Source of the DNA: Clostridia bacterium
GTDB taxonomy: Bacteria > Bacillota > Clostridia > Christensenellales > HGM11417
DNA: 16,991 nt
Reading direction: 5' to 3'
Assembly (NCBI GenBank): GCA_017407365.1
Contig: JAFQWR010000227.1
Location: 1 to 16,991 of the forward strand
Part shown: piece after piece, positions 8,441-16,734 of the stretch
How the letters are laid out: each line of letters begins with the position of its first letter
How positions within the stretch are numbered: position 1 is the stretch's first letter
Notes under the pieces: generated by a model
The model's database searches: none
Told to the model about the DNA's origin: nothing
What the model saw: the letters and a program-made list of their open reading frames with translations, nothing else
Made by a program: the position numbers and the translations under genes

Positions 8441-8441
8441 A

Positions 8442-9998
8442 TTAACCCTCCTCCGAGCCACGCAGCGACGGATTGAACGCATCGCGCAGACCGTTACCGA
8501 ACAGATTGAACGAAATCATCAGTAAGCTGAAAAATACTGCGGGGTATAAAACGATGTGCGGATACGAGCTGATGCACGCCTGACCGGCAGAAAGCAGAGA
8601 GCCTACCGAGCTCATCGTGCCCGTATCAAGGTTGACGATGCCAAGATAGGTGAGCGAGGTTTCGCTGAGCATAACGCCGGGAATTACCAGCACCGAGCCC
8701 GTAATCAGCGTGCCCAGCGCATTGGGGAAGATATGCTTGAACATCAGTCGGGCGTCTGTTGCACCCAGCGTGCGTGCCGCAAGCACGTATTCTCTGTTTT
8801 TGTAGCGGTAGAACTGCATACGCACGGTGCTTGCCGTGCCAATCCAGCCGGTCAGCACAAAGGCAAATATCAGCGAGCCTACCACGCCCACGTCGTCCTT
8901 TAAGTGCATCTGGAAGAGTACGGTGACGACCGTGAAGGGAATACCGCTTAAAATATCGCTGAAGCGCTCCATGGCAAGGTCGATGACGCCGCCGTAGAAG
9001 CCCTCGATGGCACCGTAGATGGCGCCGATCAGCAGGTTGATGGTTGCAATGCAGATAGCCAGAATAAAGCTGAAGCGTGCGCCCGAGGCAAGACGGGTCA
9101 AAAGATCGTAGCCCGCATCGGTGGTGCCAAGCGCAAAGCAGGGCTCAATGCCGTATTTGTAGATGAAGTAGTTGTATGCGTTGATGCGGCACTCGTAGCT
9201 GAACGAGCCGGGCTTACCCGTGCGGTTTGCGTAAGCATAGCTGCCGTCGTCACCCGCAATGCGCAGGCTGTTGTAATCGTCTGCAAGATTGGTTTTATAC
9301 GCAGGCTGCAACGTTTTGCCGTCTGCCGCGTAGATGGGCGCGCCGCTGAGCTTGCACTTATACCAGATGGTGATGTCGCCGTTGTTGTTCTTCTGGGCGG
9401 GGTCTACCACGGGGAAAAGCACCTGAATGTTGTTTTCCTGCTGCCACGCCTGAATTTTTTCGTATTCGGGGCCGGTGACGGTTTTGGTGATGAAGGCGTT
9501 GGAGCGGTAGGAATCCACTCTTACCTCGTGCATTACGGTGGTGCCGTCAAACTTTTCCTCCACGATTTCGCGGAAGTATTTGGTGATGACGGGTGCGCCC
9601 GTTTCCTGCTCGATTGCCTTATAGCGCACGTAGTTGTTGTTGTTGATCTGCTTTTTCTGCGTACCGTCCCAGAAGCCCGTGCCCTCGAAGAGCGCTACCT
9701 TGGGAAGCAGGTACTGATAGAATTTTGCATCGGTATCCGCCGCCTCGCCCTTGGCGGTATCGCGGGAATACGCATCGATGAAGTTGGTGTTGCAGGCAAT
9801 GGGCACGATGATGGCATACAGCAGCAAAAGGCCGATGATAACGGCAGCCACCACAGACGCCTTGTTGCGTGCAAAGCGGCGGAAGGCATCCTTAAAATAG
9901 CCCACGGGCTTGGTTTCGGGTGCTTTATCCTTCAGGCTCTTGCCCTCTTGCGTAAAGCGGAAGGATTCCTTTGTGATCTGATATTCTTTCTTTTCCAT
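8442..9998 (-). CDS. oppC: Oligopeptide ABC transporter permease OppC-like (518 aa) with a large extracytoplasmic loop after transmembrane helix 1
   Basis: An N-terminal anchor helix (ASVVAAVIIGLLLLYAIIV), a hydrophilic segment of about 250 aa, then the BPD-transporter core with GYDLLTRLASGARFS (the DxLSRxxyGaRxS motif of OppC/DppC). The ATG at 9998 lies 2 nt after the oppB stop. Confidence 0.9.
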   Translation of the reverse strand: MEKKEYQITKESFRFTQEGKSLKDKAPETKPVGYFKDAFRRFARNKASVVAAVIIGLLLLYAIIVPIACNTNFIDAYSRDTAKGEAADTDAKFYQYLLPKVALFEGTGFWDGTQKKQINNNNYVRYKAIEQETGAPVITKYFREIVEEKFDGTTVMHEVRVDSYRSNAFITKTVTGPEYEKIQAWQQENNIQVLFPVVDPAQKNNNGDITIWYKCKLSGAPIYAADGKTLQPAYKTNLADDYNSLRIAGDDGSYAYANRTGKPGSFSYECRINAYNYFIYKYGIEPCFALGTTDAGYDLLTRLASGARFSFILAICIATINLLIGAIYGAIEGFYGGVIDLAMERFSDILSGIPFTVVTVLFQMHLKDDVGVVGSLIFAFVLTGWIGTASTVRMQFYRYKNREYVLAARTLGATDARLMFKHIFPNALGTLITGSVLVIPGVMLSETSLTYLGIVNLDTGTMSSVGSLLSAGQACISSYPHIVLYPAVFFSLLMISFNLFGNGLRDAFNPSLRGSEEG

Positions 9999-10000
9999 CG

Positions 10001-10957
10001 TTATTTCGCCCCCATTCTGATTCTGGGATCGATAAAGCTGTAGCTGATATCGACCAAAATGCCTGCAAACAGACCGATAAAGGTATAGAAGGCGGAAAGC
10101 AGCATAAAGAAGTTGTAATCGGGCGGAATTGCCTTGATTGCACCCAGATACAGCTTACCAACGCCTGAAATGCCGAAAATGGACTCGATGATGAGCGAGC
10201 CGGAAAGGATACCGATGAATTCACCGATAATCATGGGGAAGATGGGCACCATGGCGTTGCGGAGCGCGTGGCGCACGGTAGCCTGCCCACGGGTTAAGCC
10301 CTTGGTGCGTGCAAGAAGCATAAACTCACTGGTCAAAACCTCCGTCAGCTCTGCACGTGTATATCTCGTAAGACCGGCAATGGTGGGAAGCGCAAGCGCA
10401 ATGACGGCAGGCGCAAGCTGCACGAACATTTTCCACGAAAAAACCGGCACATTATAATCTTCTACAATAATATTGAACCAGCCGAATTTATAGCAAAGGA
10501 AATACTGAATTAAAAATGCATAAATAAAGCTGGGCACAGAAACAAGCGCCATAACCCCTGTGGAGATGACGTGATCCTGCCATTTATTCTTTTTTAAGGC
10601 GGCGTAAATGCCAAGCAGCAGACCGATGGGCACGCTGAAAAGCATGGAATACAGATTTACCGTGATGGTGTAGGGAAGCTTTTCCACAAAGGTATCCCAT
10701 ACGTCCGACATCGGATAAAGCGTTTCGGACATACCCCAATTGCCGCGGAGGGCGTGCTTGATGAACAGATAGAACTGCACCATCAGAGGCTTACCGTAGC
10801 CAAGCTGCTCACGGCGCTGTTCGATGAGCGCCTGGTCCTTACCGAACTGCTGAGCAGGAAGGGAGGGCAGGAGCTTAACCAGCACGAAGCAAAAGGTCAT
10901 AATAACGAAAAACACGAATAGCATCAACGCAATTCGCTTCAGTACGTATTTTAACAT
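10001..10957 (-). CDS. oppB: Oligopeptide ABC transporter permease OppB-like, 318 aa
   Basis: MLKYVLKRIALMLFVFFVIMTF matches the typical OppB/DppB N-terminus, and the EAA-loop region LARTKGLTRGQATVRHALRNA is present. The ATG at 10957 has a GGGTGA ribosome-binding site. The ORF track extends 14 codons further upstream, which I regard as unlikely. Confidence 0.88.
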   Translation of the reverse strand: MLKYVLKRIALMLFVFFVIMTFCFVLVKLLPSLPAQQFGKDQALIEQRREQLGYGKPLMVQFYLFIKHALRGNWGMSETLYPMSDVWDTFVEKLPYTITVNLYSMLFSVPIGLLLGIYAALKKNKWQDHVISTGVMALVSVPSFIYAFLIQYFLCYKFGWFNIIVEDYNVPVFSWKMFVQLAPAVIALALPTIAGLTRYTRAELTEVLTSEFMLLARTKGLTRGQATVRHALRNAMVPIFPMIIGEFIGILSGSLIIESIFGISGVGKLYLGAIKAIPPDYNFFMLLSAFYTFIGLFAGILVDISYSFIDPRIRMGAK

Positions 10958-10983
10958 ATCGTCACCCGTAATATAACAGCAGA

Positions 10984-11010
10984 ATAAGCACCGAATCAAT
11001 CGGTGCTTAT
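10984..11010 (-). other. Intercistronic stem-loop between oppA and oppB (partial terminator or processing/stability element)
   Basis: A perfect 11-bp stem ATAAGCACCGA(10984-10994)/TCGGTGCTTAT(11000-11010) with a 5-nt loop, 20 nt after the oppA stop. It is followed by only a weak U-tract (UCUGCUGUUAUAUU). Confidence 0.5.
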
Positions 11011-11030
11011 TCCGCCCTTTTCGTAAAACG

Positions 11031-13514
11031 TTATTCGCTTACAGCGTAATTCAGAGAACCGCCCTGCGATTTCACGTATTCTTTCCATTCAGCGTCGTCC
11101 ATATAGTACGTCATGTACTTGACGCCGCCACGGCCTACACCAAAGATATACTCTTCGGTATAGTACTTGATCTGCATACCCTTTAATGCCGCGCTGTTAT
11201 CCAGCAGCATGGGGATCATGTTGTACTGCTCCAATACGATCTGCTCGATGGCTGCAAGAACCTTCAGACGAACGTTCATATCGGCATTGGTGCCTGCGGA
11301 GAATACAACCGATTCACCAACGGCGCCGTCTTCCTTAACCTCTTTCAGGGTGATTTCTTCACCTGCAAGAGCCTCCGTCCAATCCCATACGCTTGCCGAA
11401 TATTTCTTGCCATCCAGCTCGATGGTCAGCATTTCCTTGGAGGTATCCCAAGCGAGATCGTACTGATATTCAGCATCGGTGTAAGCGCCGATTAAGCCGT
11501 AGGGATCGAGCGCGCTGCCCGTCCAGCCTACGCCGAACAGCATATCAACCGTGTTTGCTCTGAGTGCATCAGCGAAGCCGTTGCCGAGGTCGTTGCTGTT
11601 TTCGAAGGTGATCTTGCCCTCGAGCTTGGTGCCCTTAGCTGCTTCGATGAAGGTGTTCTTTAAGAACTCAGCGCCCTGAGAATAGTAAGCTGCGCCGGAA
11701 GCGGGGATACCGATGGTGATTTTAACAACGTCGTCCTCGTCCATTAAGCCCTGTGCAATTGCTTTGTCGTAAGCGGCATTGAACAGCTCTTTAGCTGCAG
11801 CGGGATCGTAACCGGTGATGGATGCGATTGCATCGTCGATGGTTGCATACGTTTTGCCCTCGCCGATTTCATCTGCAAGGCCCCAGAAGGAAACGATTGC
11901 CTGCTTTGCCTCATCGGTGGTGCGGTAGGCTTCGCCCGTTTCGGGGTTGGATACGATGATGTTGCCGTACAGTGCCTTTGCAACGCCGCCTAAGGGGTCA
12001 ACTGCAAGTGCGAATGCTGCTCTGTCTAATGCGAAGCAGAATGCCTGACGGAACTCTTTGATGGTGATGATGGTTTTGTTGAACTTGGAGGAAGAGGTGC
12101 TGCCTGCATTTGCAAGATCTTCTGCAGCCTTTAAGCCTTCCATATCGGGGTTGAACGCGAGGAACCAGGTGGAGTCACCCTCGGTCATATAGGTGTACTT
12201 ACTGGACTGATACTCGTCCATATCGTTTGCGGTTAAGCCATAAATATCGAGCTCGCCGCTCTTGAACAGCTGCAGACGGGTTTCGTCCTTTTCAACGTAA
12301 CGGATGTTAATGTTGGTGGTCATATAGGTATCGTCCGTCATTAAGAACCAATCGTCATTACGCTCAAAGGTGATAACGGTGTCCTTCATGAAGCTGGTGA
12401 GCTTGTAGGGGCCGTAGCCAACGTAGAGCTCAGCCTTGGTGCCGTAGGTGTTGGTGTAAACGCCATCCTTAACCGATTCGCAAGCATCGTAGGTGGGGAT
12501 GTGTACCAGCCAGGTGCTGGTGAGGGAGTAGTGCAGATAGAAGCCGGAGAGCGATTTCTCTAAGAAGATATAGAGGTTGCCGTCCTCGTCCTGATCGATA
12601 CCAACGTCGTTGAAGTCTACCTCTGCCCAGGTCTTTTCAGCATAGAAGAAGTCGAGCTCCTCGTCGGGCATGGTCTTCCACCAGCCGATAATAGCTTCCC
12701 AGACAGCGCTTAAGGTTTCGTCTGCCTTGATCTCGGCAAGGGTCTTACCCTCCATAGCCTCGATGGTTGCAAGCTCAAAGCCGAGCATAGCTGCCATATA
12801 CGCCTGGGTATCCTCTAAGCCGTAGCCTGCGTCTACAAAGCCGAATGCCTTACGGAAGTTGTTGTCGATAGCCTTTTCCTCTTCGGTGCCTGCATCCGTT
12901 ACATAGGAGCCAAAGCCGAAGATCAGTTTTGCATCGTTTGCTTCGCTGTAGGTATCGTATACGTCTCTCGCGGAGTAAACACCCTTCTGACCTTGATACA
13001 GATAGTTCTTAGCGTTGTAGAGCACCATGTTGCCCTGATATACCGAGTCTGCACGGTAGTTCTGAGCAACGGGGTTCAAAAGACGTTTTAAAGACTCTAC
13101 GTAATCGTTTGCGGTGATGGGATCGCCGTTATCAAAGCAAGCTCTTTCATCAAGAACGATCTTGTACGCCTTGCCCGTTTCACCCTCTTTGATGCCGTAC
13201 TTGCCGACATACTGCTCGGTTACGTCGATGGGGAATTCCTTGGCAAGCTGGGGAACGAGCTTGTAGCCGTCCTTTGCATCGTTGTAATCAAAGCCGTAGA
13301 AGCCAACGGCGGTGTAATCCATAACCGTTGCATCCGTGTTGGTCTGATATACGTGGGGATTCCAGTTCGTGGGGAAGCTGGCCATCGACGTATTATAGGT
13401 GTATTTGCCTACGCCGCTGTTGGGTCCTTCATTATCTCCACAAGCACTCAGCGTGAAAACGCTGACGAGCAGAACGATCAGAGCCGCAACAAATAATGTT
13501 GTTCTTCTTTTCAT
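11031..13514 (-). CDS. oppA: Extracellular solute-binding lipoprotein, family 5 (OppA-like), unusually large at 827 aa
   Basis: A signal peptide plus lipobox (LLVSVFTLSAC-G), SBP_bac_5-like regions (TNWNPHVYQTNTD near the N-terminus, a D/E- and aromatic-rich body), and a perfect ribosome-binding site AAGGAGGT 8 nt upstream of the ATG at 13514. It is the first gene of the operon. Confidence 0.88.
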   Translation of the reverse strand: MKRRTTLFVAALIVLLVSVFTLSACGDNEGPNSGVGKYTYNTSMASFPTNWNPHVYQTNTDATVMDYTAVGFYGFDYNDAKDGYKLVPQLAKEFPIDVTEQYVGKYGIKEGETGKAYKIVLDERACFDNGDPITANDYVESLKRLLNPVAQNYRADSVYQGNMVLYNAKNYLYQGQKGVYSARDVYDTYSEANDAKLIFGFGSYVTDAGTEEEKAIDNNFRKAFGFVDAGYGLEDTQAYMAAMLGFELATIEAMEGKTLAEIKADETLSAVWEAIIGWWKTMPDEELDFFYAEKTWAEVDFNDVGIDQDEDGNLYIFLEKSLSGFYLHYSLTSTWLVHIPTYDACESVKDGVYTNTYGTKAELYVGYGPYKLTSFMKDTVITFERNDDWFLMTDDTYMTTNINIRYVEKDETRLQLFKSGELDIYGLTANDMDEYQSSKYTYMTEGDSTWFLAFNPDMEGLKAAEDLANAGSTSSSKFNKTIITIKEFRQAFCFALDRAAFALAVDPLGGVAKALYGNIIVSNPETGEAYRTTDEAKQAIVSFWGLADEIGEGKTYATIDDAIASITGYDPAAAKELFNAAYDKAIAQGLMDEDDVVKITIGIPASGAAYYSQGAEFLKNTFIEAAKGTKLEGKITFENSNDLGNGFADALRANTVDMLFGVGWTGSALDPYGLIGAYTDAEYQYDLAWDTSKEMLTIELDGKKYSASVWDWTEALAGEEITLKEVKEDGAVGESVVFSAGTNADMNVRLKVLAAIEQIVLEQYNMIPMLLDNSAALKGMQIKYYTEEYIFGVGRGGVKYMTYYMDDAEWKEYVKSQGGSLNYAVSE

Positions 13515-13841
13515 TGTTTTACCTCCTTACAATGAAATTAAAAAATTTTCCGCCGACATACCGTCAGAAGTAAACCAAATAAAACGGATACACCCGTAGT
13601 GTTTGCAAAAGGCTACCGTACTATACAATGTAAGGCGCAATAGCCGCAGGAAGTATCAGTATTGTATCAATCAAAGGCCGCTTTGTGCACTCTTTTTTTT
13701 CCGAAGAAAGGGAGCACAAGGAGGTCTTTTTTTTATTTACCGCCCTTATCTCCACGAAAAACTACATCTTACATTGTATATAGCGAAGAAAACAGCGAGA
13801 AATATCTGTAAATAATGCAGTTTTTGTAATTGAGTGTTTTT

Positions 13842-13870
13842 ATTATACTAAATATCCGTGTGCTTGTCAA
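13842..13870 (-). promoter_or_regulatory. Consensus sigma-A promoter of the opp operon (TTGACA-17 bp-TATAAT)
   Basis: Plus-strand TGTCAA(13865-13870) and ATTATA(13842-13847) read on the minus strand as a perfect TTGACA-17-TATAAT. The predicted transcription start near 13835 gives a leader of about 320 nt before oppA. Confidence 0.6.
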
Positions 13871-13939
13871 CTCAAAACGGGCAATTTAGACTTAAGAAAA
13901 CCTTATACCCCCTATAAATAAATCTTATAGGCAGATGTT

Positions 13940-14210
13940 TTTCTGCGTTTTGCCGCTTCTCCCCTCTACCGTTCTGCGTTTTAACATTATTATATAACTC
14001 TACGAAAAAAAAGATGAAGCAATCCGGCGCTCCGCACTCTTGCGCCTCTGTATTTTCAGCCTGCTTACCGCAACACGCACCGCTTCTTTTCACCTATTGC
14101 CCTGTGTTTTAACAGTATTATATAATGTTAGCAAACCGCCATAGGGCAACCGACCGTCAAGCCTCTTGCTTCCCACGCTTTTTAAGCCTGCTTGCGGAAA
14201 AAAGCACCCA
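13940..14210. repeat. Diverged tandem duplication (about 127-bp modules), each carrying CCGCTTCT...CTG(C/T)GTTTTAACA(G)TATTATATAA and CTCTTGC...TTTT(C/A)AGCCTGCTT
   Basis: CCGCTTCT occurs at 13953 and 14080. GTTTTAACA.TATTATATAA occurs at 13979-13998 and 14107-14126. CTCTTGC..AGCCTGCTT occurs at 14037-14067 and 14163-14193. The spacing is a consistent 126-127 bp. Confidence 0.5.
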
Positions 14211-14261
14211 TCCTCCCCACACCGCAGAGAGGGAGAGCGATTATTGCGCACCCTTTTACCG

Positions 14262-14295
14262 CAAAAAAAAGAGATAAAGGCATTGCCTCTATCTC
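14262..14295 (-). terminator. Rho-independent terminator of floT
   Basis: On the minus strand, stem GAGATAGAGG / CCTTTATCTC (plus 14271-14280 and 14286-14295, one mismatch) with loop CAATG, then U8 (plus A8 at 14263-14270). It lies about 20 nt after the floT stop. Confidence 0.65.
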
Positions 14296-14313
14296 CTTTC
14301 TGATTTGTTCGTT

Positions 14314-15756
14314 TTATTTCTTGGGAGCCTCTTTGCCGTCCTCTGCGCCTGCCTCTGCCTCTGCCTTTTTGGTGGCAAGATATTTGGGGAGATCTAAGCC
14401 TGCCATGCCGAACAGCTCGCTCATGGGAGGAATGGACTTCATCATAGAGCTCATAAAGTTTGCCGTAGAGGAGCTGCCGTCCTTGCCGGAGCCGCTATCC
14501 CAAACGGTGATCTTATCGATCTTGATGTTCTTGATTGCCTCAACCTGCGTTTTAACAAGAGCCTCGAGCTTGTCGGAGATCATCAGCATAACTGCCTCGC
14601 TTGCGTTGCCGCCCGCAGCCTCTACGATGCTCTTGAAGCCCTCTGCCTGCTTGGTAAGAATCTCTTCCATACCGCGTGCCTGCGCCTGCATCTTGGCAAA
14701 GATAGCATCCGCTTCACCCTGCGCCTCTCTACGCATCTGCTCTGCCTGAGCGTCTGCCTCGATTTCGATTCTGCGCTTTTCGATCTCTGCCTTAACGAGA
14801 ACGTCTGCCTCTTGCGTTGCACGCTCGCGCTCTGCACGGGCAAGCTCTGCCTGACGCTCTGCGGAATACGCATCCTCTAACGCCTTTGCGGCAGCAATCT
14901 TTTCGGCGGTGGTAGCACGGCGCAGAGCCTCTGCCTCGATTTCACGGCGGTCTGCGTTAGACTGCGAAATTTTTGCAAGAGATTCGTTTTCGCCGCGTAC
15001 GGCAAGCTGGTTGGCATCTGCCACCTGAATACGCTGTTCTCTGAGAGCCTCTGCCTCACCGATCGAACCGTCGCGGTTCTTTTCTGCAACCGATTTCTTT
15101 GCATCGTTGATTGCCTTTGCGGCAGCCTCTTTACCGAGTGCGTTGATGTAGCCCGAAACGTCGTTGATGTCCGTTACGTTTACGTTGATTAAGCGTAAGC
15201 CGATTTTTTTCAGCTCCGTTTCTACGTTTTCGGATACGGAAGCAAGGAATTCCTCACGGCGTGCATTGATTGCCTCGATTTCCATGGTAGCAACCGAAAG
15301 ACGCAGCTGACCGAAGATGATATCCTTGGCAAGGTCCTGAATTTCGCTGAGCTTTAAGCCAAGCAGACGCTCTGCGGCATTCTGCATAACACCGGGCTCG
15401 GTGGAAATACCAACGGTGAAGTTGGAGGGCACGTCGATACGGATGTTTTGCTTGGAAAGCGCATTCTTTAAGTCTACGTTGATGGAAATGGGGGTTAAGT
15501 CCATATATTGGTAGCTCTGGAAGAAGGGAATAACGAAGCGTGCGCCACCGTGAATACACAGCGAGCTGCGCTTACTGCCCGAAGCAGATTTACCAAGGCT
15601 TGCACCGTAGATGACCATGATTTTGTCGGAGGGGCATTTTTTGTAGCGTGCCAGAATAACCAGAAGAGTGGCAATCAGCACTACTACAATTACGCCAATC
15701 AATCCGCCAACCCAATCGGCTTCGGCAGCAAGAATGCTTGTGATAAACTGTAACAT
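14314..15756 (-). CDS. floT: Flotillin-like SPFH/band-7 protein (FloT/YuaG-like), 480 aa
   Basis: An N-terminal membrane hairpin (GGLIGVIVVVLIATLLVILA), an SPFH domain, a long Ala/Glu/Arg-rich coiled coil (EA repeats: AEALRRATTAEKIAAAKALEDAYSAERQAELARAERERA...), and a flotillin C-terminal region. The ATG at 15756 has the ribosome-binding site AAAGGAG. Confidence 0.9.
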   Translation of the reverse strand: MLQFITSILAAEADWVGGLIGVIVVVLIATLLVILARYKKCPSDKIMVIYGASLGKSASGSKRSSLCIHGGARFVIPFFQSYQYMDLTPISINVDLKNALSKQNIRIDVPSNFTVGISTEPGVMQNAAERLLGLKLSEIQDLAKDIIFGQLRLSVATMEIEAINARREEFLASVSENVETELKKIGLRLINVNVTDINDVSGYINALGKEAAAKAINDAKKSVAEKNRDGSIGEAEALREQRIQVADANQLAVRGENESLAKISQSNADRREIEAEALRRATTAEKIAAAKALEDAYSAERQAELARAERERATQEADVLVKAEIEKRRIEIEADAQAEQMRREAQGEADAIFAKMQAQARGMEEILTKQAEGFKSIVEAAGGNASEAVMLMISDKLEALVKTQVEAIKNIKIDKITVWDSGSGKDGSSSTANFMSSMMKSIPPMSELFGMAGLDLPKYLATKKAEAEAGAEDGKEAPKK

Positions 15757-15935
15757 ATTTTTTTCTCCTTTATTTTTTGCAGGGCGCCCCGTACGCCTAC
15801 TGCCTGCGCTTACTATATATTATATAGCAGATACGGGCAGGGCTATGCGCACGCACACGCCTGCATATAGTATACTTCGTTTTGCAAAGCCTTATCGGGC
15901 TCTGCCGTAATAAAACGCCACTTGGGACATCCTCC

Positions 15936-16529
15936 TTACAAGCGCTTTACAATTAAAAGCTCCTCTACCACGCCGACAACCTTTACCTGCGTGCCCGAGT
16001 GCAGAGTTTCCTCCTCGTCGGTAACAGCCTCAAGCTCGGCATAGCGCTCCTGCAACATCAGATTGATCTTGCCGGATTTAGCGCGCTTTGCGGGAATGGG
16101 GATGTACACGGTGCCCACCTTGCCCACCGCACCGGAAATATCCAGCGTGCCGTCCGATTCCAGCTTTTTGCTGAAATAGAAGATGAGCGCAAGCACAACC
16201 GCCATGATTGCACCTGCCACAATACCGATAAGACCTGCCGCCCATGCAGGCAGAACGTAATTCAGACCGTACGCCGTCCATCCGCCAACAGCCAGAAAGC
16301 CTAAGATTCCACGCAGGGTAATCAGCCTGAAGCTGCCGACCTCGCTGACGGTAGGGGTGTCGACATCGGCAGGGTCGAAGTCGGGAGAATCGGGGGTATC
16401 GATCTCCATTTCGTTGCCGATGCCGCAAAGCACCAGAATAATCTGCAATACAAACAGAAGCACGGAAGGCACGGCAAGGCAGATCATCACCTGCTGAAAA
16501 ACGCTGAGCGCTTCCCACCATATAGCCAT
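15936..16529 (-). CDS. nfeD: NfeD-family membrane protein (YuaF-like), partner of flotillin, 197 aa
   Basis: Several N-terminal transmembrane helices and a C-terminal soluble OB-fold-like beta region (GTQVKVVGVVEELLIVKRL), encoded directly upstream of floT as in yuaF-floT. I prefer the ATG at 16529, which has AGGAGG 10 nt upstream. The ORF track opens at a GTG (16607) with no ribosome-binding site, and that position lies upstream of the predicted transcription start. Confidence 0.82.
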   Translation of the reverse strand: MAIWWEALSVFQQVMICLAVPSVLLFVLQIILVLCGIGNEMEIDTPDSPDFDPADVDTPTVSEVGSFRLITLRGILGFLAVGGWTAYGLNYVLPAWAAGLIGIVAGAIMAVVLALIFYFSKKLESDGTLDISGAVGKVGTVYIPIPAKRAKSGKINLMLQERYAELEAVTDEEETLHSGTQVKVVGVVEELLIVKRL

Positions 16530-16627
16530 AATATATAACCTCCTAAGCGTTTCCCAAAAAAAATTTGGGTCAATAGTAATATAAGCGGCTTTCCCGCCGT
16601 TAAACACCCAAAAGAGGGATTTTTTCC

Positions 16628-16656
16628 ATTATACTCTCTTTTCCCTCTCTTTGCAA
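16628..16656 (-). promoter_or_regulatory. Candidate sigma-A promoter for nfeD-floT (TTGCAA-17 bp-TATAAT)
   Basis: Plus-strand ATTATA(16628-16633) and TTGCAA(16651-16656) with a 17-bp spacer, about 95 nt upstream of the preferred nfeD start. Confidence 0.4.
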
Positions 16657-16734
16657 GTTATTTTTCCCGCAAAACGGCAAAAAGCGCAAGAATATTCGGC
16701 AGAAAAAATTTTTATAAAAACTGCGTAAAATCGG

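Noticed and set aside
13536-13557. Possible CodY box (AATTAAAAAATTTTC) near the oppA ribosome-binding site
   Set aside because: It has only about 7/15 identity to AATTTTCWGAAAATT. That is too weak to call without a position weight matrix scan.
13603-13815. 70-aa plus-strand ORF and 73-aa minus-strand ORF (13872-14093) in the opp upstream spacer
   Set aside because: Neither has a ribosome-binding site. Both lie in repeat-rich or low-complexity AT-rich DNA. The plus-strand ORF overlaps the predicted oppA leader.
14192-14749. 185-aa plus-strand ORF overlapping the floT 3' end
   Set aside because: It is antisense to the Ala/Glu coiled-coil coding region of floT, Ala/Ser/Leu-rich, and has no ribosome-binding site.
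16078-16521. 147-aa minus-strand ORF in an alternative frame within nfeD
   Set aside because: It is an Arg/Gly-rich alternative-frame artefact of a GC-rich membrane-protein gene. The nfeD frame has the expected transmembrane and OB-fold features.
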